Below, in pieces: positions 56,404 through 64,000 of a stretch of DNA of 64,000 nucleotides. The position numbers and the translations under genes are program-made. Source of the DNA: Diplonema japonicum (lineage: Eukaryota > Protista > Euglenozoa: Diplonemea). Below the pieces are notes generated by a model. That model did not search any database and was not told the DNA's origin. It saw nothing but the letters and a program-made list of their open reading frames with translations. How positions within the stretch are numbered: the stretch's first letter is position 1; each line of letters begins with the position of its first letter. The DNA is taken from positions 124,001 to 188,000 of the forward strand of contig OZ025706.1 of assembly GCA_964019335.1 (NCBI GenBank), read 5' to 3'.

Positions 56404-58116
56404 CTGTAAAACAAAGATCACCGGAAGATAAAATGTCCGGAAGCTCTGGCGGTCCGGATATTTTTTCTTCCGGGCATTTTTTTCCCGGGACCCCCTTTTC
56501 TTTTAAGGGCTGGACCGAAAACGCATGAAACTAGTTTCTGTAGCAAGAGAAAAATCAAACGAGAGCGTCGGACATCTGCCTGTATGCAGAGGGTCTCCTG
56601 CGCTGCAACCCGCTGCGGAAAGAGAACCTCGAGGCGTTTGGGGGAACGGTGTCTTTCTCCCAAGCCTGGGCCAACCAGCTAGGGAAGTCTAGCAGCCTCA
56701 ATGTCACCCAAGCAGCAAGGAGGTTCGCAGAGTACGTCGGAAGGACCATCAAAGAACATGGGATCAGGCCAGAGTTGACCTGGAACATGGACCAGACGGC
56801 GCTTCCCCTGATGCCGCTGGGGAAGAAGTCGAAGGCTAAAAGGGTTCCAAGGTTGTCAAGGTTAGGGGCTTGGGGGACAAGCGTGCCGTCACCGGACACT
56901 TTTGCGTTTCCCTGTCTGGTGGCAAACTGCATCCGCAGTTAATTTACACGGGAAGAACAGAACCAGCCCGCTGCAGGAAATACCCCGGGTCCGTGTTGCA
57001 CACCCCCCAAAAGGCTGGAGTTTAACAGCTTCGAAATCCCACTGGACACCCAAGAAACGCTTCAGCTCTGGGTAAAACGTGTCTTTCTCCCCTGTTGCTA
57101 TAAACTTATAAAGTCATCGGGCTGGGCACCCAACGAGCCCATCTTGATCCTAGATGACTACAATGGCCACACTACGGATGATGTTTTTAGAAACAAACGT
57201 TCACTTAGCGTTTGTCCCTCCAGGCCTCACCTATTTGTGCCAGCCCTGGACATAGGACTGAACGCCTCAATGAAGGCGACAATCAAGACCAAGTATAAAA
57301 AGTGGTCTATGAGGAGGCTGGACAAGTATGTGGAAGAAGGGAACCGTCAGGAAGGGTGGACGGTACCAAATACAAGTGAGATAAAAGGACCACATCTGAG
57401 GTAGTTTTTTAAAAGTAAACTAAGATAATTCAATTTTCCCTCTTTTTTCTGCCAGGTGGGTTGAAGCAGCCTGGGAGCATGTCAGCAGGCAAGCTATACA
57501 GGCAAGCTGGGCCCATTGTTTCGGGCGTTTTTAGAGCCCTGGTGGAGTCCTGCTTGGGAGAATTCTCTCATTGCAGCAGCATACTGTGGTGTGCTTGCCG
57601 TTGCAGCGACGTGCTGCGGAGATGAAGAGTGGGAAGAGTGGGAAGACCAGCAATATGCCAAGCTTGCTAGGCAGCTGGAAGGGGCCAGACAAGTGTTGGA
57701 TGACACGATTGTCGTGTCATCTGACACAAGTACGGTTTCCGCCGCTTCTTGGGTGGACGAAACTTCGTTTTCCGTTTCTTCTTCTTCTTTTTCTTCGGTA
57801 GAAATGCTCCCCCCCTTGACCCAGCAAAGACTTGCTGAGGCCGAGGCCAAGCGCTCTGCCAAGGCTGCGAAAGCAAAGACGGACAGGTAGGACGTTCCTC
57901 ACCCCCTTTTTTAGTTTTATTTTTGCCATTTTTAAGACTCTTGCAACAGAAACATAAGTTTTTCCAGGGAAACATGCAGCAGACAGGGGGAGGGAACAGT
58001 GCGTAGAACGGCTAGGTACCCCCTTGAAAAGTGCCCCAAAAAAATGTCCGGAAGAAAAAATCACCGGATGTTTCGGCGGTCCGGATATTTTATCTTCCGG
58101 TGGATTTTTGTTTTAG
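56404..58116 (+). mobile_element. Decayed pogo/Tc1-mariner (DDE_1-type) transposon
   Basis: TA on both flanks; long imperfect TIRs (..AAAACAAA..CACCGGAAGATAAAATRTCCGGA); frameshifted transposase with WNMDQT, ILDDYNGH, PALDIGLNASMK, WVEAAWEHV; GT-AG intron 57401-57455. Confidence 0.85.
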
Positions 58117-58495
58117 TATATATATACGGTCAAAGGAGGTCTTTGTGAGACAACAGCTAGTTCATCCCTGTTTTTTCCCCTTCTTTCCTTCTGTCCATTG
58201 CCCCGTTGGTTCCACTACCCAAGCACCAGTTGCCTTAGCCACTTCAGCACCGGCTTTATGGCTCTCCAGCCGCTGGTGTGTTGTAGTCTTCCCGAATGGC
58301 CGCCGACCTCTTGGCTGCTTCCCTAGAAAAGAAGAAAAAAAAAAAATAGAAAACTTAAACCGGAAAAAAAATCTCTTGGGGTGTAAACAAATAGAATTAG
58401 AAGTAGATTTCAAGCCTTACTTTAGAAGGGTAGAATAGTAATAAAATAAAATAAAAAAGTTGTCTCGATTTTAGTGGTGCCATGCAGTATGTGAC

Positions 58496-58559
58496 ACAGC
58501 GGCCACCCTTGTGAAACTTCGCCCCGAAGCCTCCCAAGTCCCCTGTGGTCCCGTAGAAA
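58496..58559. repeat. 64-bp dispersed hairpin element, copy 2
   Basis: 63/64 identical to 45214-45277. Confidence 0.85.
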
Positions 58560-59520
58560 GTAAAAGTGGAGAGGTAAAGAAAGCTTGGAAATTGAAATAG
58601 GGAGAGGGGCCACAGAAGCAATTAAACACCAACTGGAGAGTTGTGGGAGGCTTGCTTCAAAAAAAAGAATAGAGAGAAAAAAAAAAAGAAAACTTAAAAA
58701 AAAAAAAAAACATTTTTTCTTTTTCTGGAACACTTTAAACTTACAGGGACAGGGAAATAAACAAAATCGCATACAGCAGCCCAAAGCACTTTGAGAAACT
58801 GGTGCTGCTGGTGTAAATCAAAAAAAGAAGAAAAAAAAAAGAGAAAAAAAAAGGAAAAAAGAATCAGAGTAAAGACAATCCTGCTTGTCGATGCGATGCT
58901 CTCTGGTGTGTGTTTTTATTTTAAAATAAATGCACCCCTTGCGAAAGAGAAGAGCACGAATTTAAGCTTTATCACTGATAAAGTAGTTTTGAGGGAAAAG
59001 GCACACCAACCAGCACATGATATTCCCAAAGGCTATTATTATTCAGTAAAATTAAAAAAAAAAAAAAAAAAAAAAAGCCCTCCAAGGAAATCAAGCCACA
59101 CCTGCCACAATACAAAAAATGAGTTGTTTTTCCCCCCTCCCATTTTTTTTTTGTTTGTCCGCCAAAAAAAAAAAAAAAAAAAAATTCTTTATGACTATAT
59201 GTCTTTGTTGTTCGCACGAGCAAAAAAGGTTTTTTAAAAAGCTGCGAAAGCTTTTTGCTCGGCACAAGTTACATATAGTTATAAAATCATTTTTTGAAAG
59301 ATAAATATTTGAACAAAAAAAAAAAAACAAAAAAAAAAGAGAGAGAGAGAGAGAGAATCGCAATAACCCTATTCTCGTCCCTCTCGTTTTCTTGAGAATC
59401 TTTCATTGCTTTCCCCCCACGGATCAATGTTCATCCCCTTCTCTTTTGAGCAAATTCAAAATGTCACTATGTAAGAAATATTCACCTACTTCTCTCCTGC
59501 AGCCAAAAAAGAAAAACAAA

Positions 59521-59830
59521 CTCATAGTAAAAGACAATCCCGCTTGAGGACAGCCTCTTGTGGTGTGAGTTCCTATCTATTAATGCTCCCCTTCTGGAGC
59601 ATAGCCTTCGTTCCTATTGTCGCCTTTAAAGCTTTTCGTAGTCTCGACACGCGTTCTTTCTTGTATGTCCCTTTCAACTCCTGTAGCTTTTGCGCTGTCT
59701 TGATGCGAAGATCTTGCAGCCTTGCCTCCGATCGCTGTGAGCGACTTGACCCTCTTCGCCCCGTCCGCAGGGAAGGGGCGTCTTATCCATCTCGTTCTGC
59801 ACACTGCGTTGGCTCTCTCCACCAACTCCA
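59521..59830 (-). mobile_element. Diverged 3' fragment of the same LINE family
   Basis: Encodes RRPFPADGAKRVKSLTAIGGKAA (vs RRPFPADEQKRVKSLIAIGGKAA) and shares CTCCCCTTCTGGAGCAT at the ORF end. Confidence 0.8.
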
Positions 59831-59872
59831 AAAAAAAAAAAAAAGAAAAGGTAAATACAATGCACAGCAGCC

Positions 59873-59903
<31 letters not shown>

Positions 59904-60390
59904 AGAAAAAGGAACCTTTAAGGTATTCCAAGAGCTGCACCTTAGCACCGTATCACCCAATGGGTCCTGGAGAGAAAGAATCCATCGAGGTTGATAAGAA
60001 GAAAAAAAGAGGGAAAAAAAAGGCTCCAGAAGGCGCGGGAAGAAAAAAAAAAAAAGAAGAAAAAGAAATCGCGATCTAATTATAAGCAAAAGCGATATCA
60101 CGGATGAGAAGGGAGGAATGGCAAGTGGGGAGGGGTGGGGGGGGGACTGGAAGGAAAAGGAAAAGTAGAGTACCAAAATCGCTACACCTAAGCTAATGGC
60201 CCCTTTTAAAAACAATGTTCCTTCAAAAGTACTCCGCGAGGCGAGTAGGCCGTAAGGGCCCACAGGGAGTTGGAGAACGGCTGTAAAGCGAGCCTGCTTT
60301 AAGAAATAAAAAAAGAAAAAAAAAACACATTATAAACACGACCGCTATTGCAGCCTTTTTTTTTTTTTTTTTTTTTTTCTTCCATCAAAC

Positions 60391-60424
<34 letters not shown>

Positions 60425-60463
60425 CCGGTGGGTTTTAATGCAAAAAATAAAAAAGTAACCAAC

Positions 60464-61224
60464 TATTCGCTAAGTGACTGCCCTATGTCCAAAGGGGTTA
60501 TAGGGGAACAAATGTCAAATATGCTCAAAGGTTCATTGAATTTTTTTTTCAAAAAATCCATATGTCGGACATGAAAGAACGGTGAGTTCCAAGGAAGTTC
60601 CAAAAAGAATTTTCCAAAAAAAGTTTTTTGGGGGCCAACCAAAATGACCTTGGAAGTCGCCATTTTGAGTTTTGGCCATTTTTGCCAAACTTTTGCACCT
60701 GGGCACTTTTCCTTTTAAAAACCCTTGGAAAACTGGTTCGATCCCAGAAGCCAGCATCTTCCTGACCGAGGGCTTTGCCCTGCACCTTGGCGAAGCGGGT
60801 TCAAACCCCACTCCGGCGGCTTTTTTCTGCTTTCGTAAGCTTGTGGGAGTCAAATTTGAAAGAAGGGAACCTACTCCACTCACTGTTCCAGATGCGTGAG
60901 TAAAGATGGGGGGTCAGAGTTTTGAATTTTTGTGTGGTAGAGTGGTTACCGTGCTCACCTGTCAGGCCCCCTTGTTCCAGGAGTCGCGGGTTCGAATCCC
61001 GACGCAGGGTTCGAACCCCACTTGTGCCGTGTTTTTTCCACCGGAGCTGCTTCATTTTGTATAGTACAAAGTAAGGCAAATCACCAAAAAAAATTTTATT
61101 ACAAAAAAAAATTCCATATGTCGGACATTGGGCCCCGGACGCAAATAATTCCAGCCCTAGAAAAAGCAATTAGAAATTTTTTAGCTCTTCAAAATGCGAG
61201 TTCTGGTCGGCCACTTAGCGAATA
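60464..61224. mobile_element. Non-autonomous TIR element (~760 bp) carrying tRNA-derived sequences
   Basis: TATTCGCTAAGTG / CACTTAGCGAATA inverted ends (the TA may be the TSD); internal direct repeat TCCATATGTCGGACAT near 60557 and 61113; four T-arm motifs. Confidence 0.65.
60929..61008 (+). pseudogene. tRNA-like pseudogene (Asp GTC-like)
   Basis: A-box TGGTAGAGTGG, CTGTCA loop, T-arm CGGG-TTCGAAT-CCCG; anticodon stem is broken by an insert. Confidence 0.5.
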
Positions 61225-61229
61225 TGGAA

Positions 61230-61269
<40 letters not shown>

Positions 61270-61351
61270 TAACGCAGCAATATATATATTACATGAGAAA
61301 GTGAAGTGTATAATCCCCCCCCCCCCCCCCCCCACCCCCAATTTTCTTTTT

Positions 61352-63775
61352 TCAATCATGAAACGTCACGGCGGCAAGCGCAGCCTCGGGATCATGACGG
61401 TACGGGATAAGCATTTCCAGCAAGTACAGCGCTTGCATCGGGGTCTCTGGTATGATCGATTTTTCGAAGCTGCTCATGACCTGGTTGAGTTCAACAGCGT
61501 CAACCTTGTTTACAAGAAGACGGTCAATCAGGCACCTAAAGCTGGACAGTTCCATGTCCACTCCTTGGTACATCCATTCCTCTTTATTTGTAGAAGATTC
61601 GTTTGTGAGCTGGTGGATGACAGAGGGCATCCCTGAGGTCAGCACGCCAACCGGAAACGTATCGAAAAGACCTGCCATAGCCATCATAACGTTGCTCCTC
61701 ACAATGATGGCAGAGGTTTGGTCTTTATTCGCAAATTGTGTCGCAATTTTATGGAGGTTTTTCAGGTGCGCAACGGGTTCCCCCATGCAGCTGAAACCCC
61801 TGAAGGTCGGGGTGCCTACGTTACCAGCGCGTAGAATTCCGTGAGAGATTGAAACGTTGACCTGTTCGAATTTTGATATTAATACAGCTGCCTTGCAGCA
61901 TGAGTACAACCCTCCTTCCATGCACCCGGACCCAGTGTTCCACGTCGCGTAGAAAACAAAGGGGTCCATTACGTTGATAGAGTGCAGCAGGCCTTTTGCT
62001 GTCGTAACAGTTGATTCCACAAATTGTATGATTCGCTGGTATTCGGTGTCCGGTATTCCGGTTCGCCTTATAGACACCATCAGTAAAGAAGCTTTACTGT
62101 ACGTGCTTGTTCCGAGCTTTACACGAGAGACCTGAACTGGTGGGAAGGAATTATTTGATTCAGAATGCTTTCGGGAAGAAGCCGCTGCTTCCGATCGTTC
62201 CTCGTCGGTGGCGAGGGTGAGATCGTGTTGTGAATCGAGAGTGTGTTGTTCCTGCGTGCTTTGTGTGTTGTCCGCGAACAGTGTGTTTGGGAGGAACGCT
62301 TTGTACGCGCGGAGATTCTCCACTGAGTATTGGAAACCCTTCACAAGCTGCACGATTTGAATAATCGAAACGTGGTTGTTCAAGATGTCGTCTAGCTGGA
62401 TGGCTGCACTGTCCAAATCCATAACCTCCAACGCAGGGAGTGCTAACGTGATCTTGTTGAGAGGCTTCCCTACAAGGAACACCTCGATCAAGGCGAGGCC
62501 CATGTCGAAAATCAGTACCGTTACAGAGAAGACCACCAGCAGGATCAGAACGTTGTTGATCGCGCTGTGAAGCGAGGACACAGACCGCATCCACAGGATG
62601 TACGCGGATATAGTCGGTGCCTCACCTGGCGGGGCCCAGTGTTTTAAAAGCTGCGAGCGAACGAAATGTGTCGATGTGACTGTGAAGACTCGTTGCCCCT
62701 GCTCGGCCTTCACAGACCCCCACGACCCACGGACATCGCTGCTCATGTCGCTCAGCTTTGTAACGCACTCTTTGATGTCATCGCGTATCCAGTAACCCCT
62801 TCCGACCTTCACGTCCCAGCATGCTTGGTTCACAAGCTCGTCGCCTGTTGTAGCTGCGTATATGAACTCCGTGTGTTTATCAAGCACAACCACTGTGGCC
62901 TCGTGGTCCTTCGCGTACAGGGAGATCGTCTCGTTCCACGTGTTGAACACAAACGACGCCTGCAGCATGACCAGCTTGTATCCGGACCATGGGTGCGGGG
63001 CGGGTGGGGGCACGAAGAACATGTCATACGCCATGTACACAAAGGAGTTCCCGTCCGACGCGTAGTACGGAGCAGGCTGTCTCCATCTGGTGAAGGCCGC
63101 AGGGGCAGGACCAACCTGGAAACCCGGCGCGAGGTAGGATAGATTTCTGAAGCCTTGCGGCCAGTCTCCTGTGTGTTCACGCATGTATGAGTAGACCATC
63201 GTAGTGTTGTACGCATTGGTGATGAGCTGCCCAGTGTCTTGGTCCATTGAGTGTCCAAGGACAACAGGGGCGTGGATACCATTCTTGTTTGTCCATTGCT
63301 GCCCGTCATCAAACAGCCCGTTGTGGTACCTCGCGTAGATGTACTCTCTGTCCCCGTTCTTCTTGGGGTCGTACCACACATGATCATAGAGCATTGTCTC
63401 GTCATGGCTGTAGTTGTAGGCGTGGAGTGCAATTCCTACCTCATATAATGTTTTGCTCTTCGACACTCTGGACCACGCGTGCCATCTGTTGACGTTCGCC
63501 CACTGCCGTGCGTCGTTCTTGCTGTACCTGTTCCCTACCATCACCGAGTCGCTGTAGTAGAATGGGAGGAGCGCGCTTGCTGTAGACACCGAGTCTTCGA
63601 AGCACTTGTTGATCTCGATCCTGAGGGACTCGACTTCACCTTTGCTGATGTCCTCCACGGTTTGCCGCAGAAGCGCTACGCTCTGGAAGTACATCATCAG
63701 GCCTCCTCCGAGGGAGGTCATCGTTGAGAGTAGTGTCGTCAGCACGATGAGCTTGATGATGTCTAGCTGCATCAT
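61352..63775 (-). CDS. Receptor-type class III nucleotidyl-cyclase-like protein with degenerate catalytic domain
   Basis: TM, ~370-aa extracellular region, TM, HAMP-like segment, LRAYKAFLP helix, cyclase-like SISHG..AGNVG..CMGEPV, EEWMY. The N-terminus could extend via unseen exons. Confidence 0.72.
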   Translation of the reverse strand: MMQLDIIKLIVLTTLLSTMTSLGGGLMMYFQSVALLRQTVEDISKGEVESLRIEINKCFEDSVSTASALLPFYYSDSVMVGNRYSKNDARQWANVNRWHAWSRVSKSKTLYEVGIALHAYNYSHDETMLYDHVWYDPKKNGDREYIYARYHNGLFDDGQQWTNKNGIHAPVVLGHSMDQDTGQLITNAYNTTMVYSYMREHTGDWPQGFRNLSYLAPGFQVGPAPAAFTRWRQPAPYYASDGNSFVYMAYDMFFVPPPAPHPWSGYKLVMLQASFVFNTWNETISLYAKDHEATVVVLDKHTEFIYAATTGDELVNQACWDVKVGRGYWIRDDIKECVTKLSDMSSDVRGSWGSVKAEQGQRVFTVTSTHFVRSQLLKHWAPPGEAPTISAYILWMRSVSSLHSAINNVLILLVVFSVTVLIFDMGLALIEVFLVGKPLNKITLALPALEVMDLDSAAIQLDDILNNHVSIIQIVQLVKGFQYSVENLRAYKAFLPNTLFADNTQSTQEQHTLDSQHDLTLATDEERSEAAASSRKHSESNNSFPPVQVSRVKLGTSTYSKASLLMVSIRRTGIPDTEYQRIIQFVESTVTTAKGLLHSINVMDPFVFYATWNTGSGCMEGGLYSCCKAAVLISKFEQVNVSISHGILRAGNVGTPTFRGFSCMGEPVAHLKNLHKIATQFANKDQTSAIIVRSNVMMAMAGLFDTFPVGVLTSGMPSVIHQLTNESSTNKEEWMYQGVDMELSSFRCLIDRLLVNKVDAVELNQVMSSFEKSIIPETPMQALYLLEMLIPYRHDPEAALAAVTFHD

Positions 63776-64000
63776 TTTTTTTCTTTTTTTGGGGGTTGTT
63801 TTGTGTTGTTGAAATTATTGTGTAGATAAACAAATAGTAGGTTTGTGTCCACGTGTGTGGACCACCCTTTTTATTTTATTCTCGCTTATTTACCCCTGTG
63901 TTGGTAATGAGATTTTTAGTATGTTCACACCTGTGGGTGGGAACAAAAAAACAAAAACAAAAAACTGTGCTACCCTACTTCTTTGCTTGGGACGGAAGTC

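Noticed and set aside
56416-58105. Apparent 3-bp GAT target duplication with CAC termini for the pogo-like element
   Set aside because: Inverted similarity continues outward to TA dinucleotides on both sides, the expected TSD for this superfamily.
9964-60263. Many short ORFs rich in poly-Phe or poly-Lys, and similar N-terminal extensions of real genes
   Set aside because: They are translations of intergenic T/A homopolymers.
60929-61008. Functional tRNA-Asp gene, possibly intron-containing
   Set aside because: Anticodon stem cannot be rebuilt and the acceptor stem is wobble-rich and off register.

Overview
Eukaryotic nuclear DNA with GC-balanced genes separated by intergenic DNA full of long A/T homopolymers. 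Every credible host gene (about 22 loci) is on the minus strand, as in a kinetoplastid-style directional gene cluster, yet several carry short GT-AG introns. Gene content (amastin/claudin-like tetraspans, a receptor-type pseudo-cyclase, CCxxxxxC surface-protein motif) suggests a euglenozoan, possibly a diplonemid; this is inference. Genes: TAF2-like (2 introns), CHD1L/ALC1, a tandem PBZ-like zinc-finger protein, three type-I surface proteins sharing a near-identical 563-bp module (two are N-glycan-dense [13 protein letters not shown] repeat proteins), a tetraspan family (4 intact, 2 broken), a GT25 glycosyltransferase, a P450 with a PTS2-like N-terminus, a PH/TH1-like protein, two PTB/hnRNP-L-like genes (6 phase-0 introns each), an IMPase/BPNT-family phosphatase, a probable mitochondrial membrane protein, NOB1 (2 poly(A)-filled introns), two 87-88 aa GxxxG-repeat paralogs and a degenerate cyclase receptor. 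Mobile DNA: a decayed piggyBac (TTAA), a decayed pogo-like element (TA, hairpin ends, intron), two non-autonomous TIR elements (one carrying four tRNA T-arm/B-box motifs), several 3' fragments of one LINE family, a ~31-bp tandem array and short dispersed hairpin repeats. All assignments are by eye; no searches were run.
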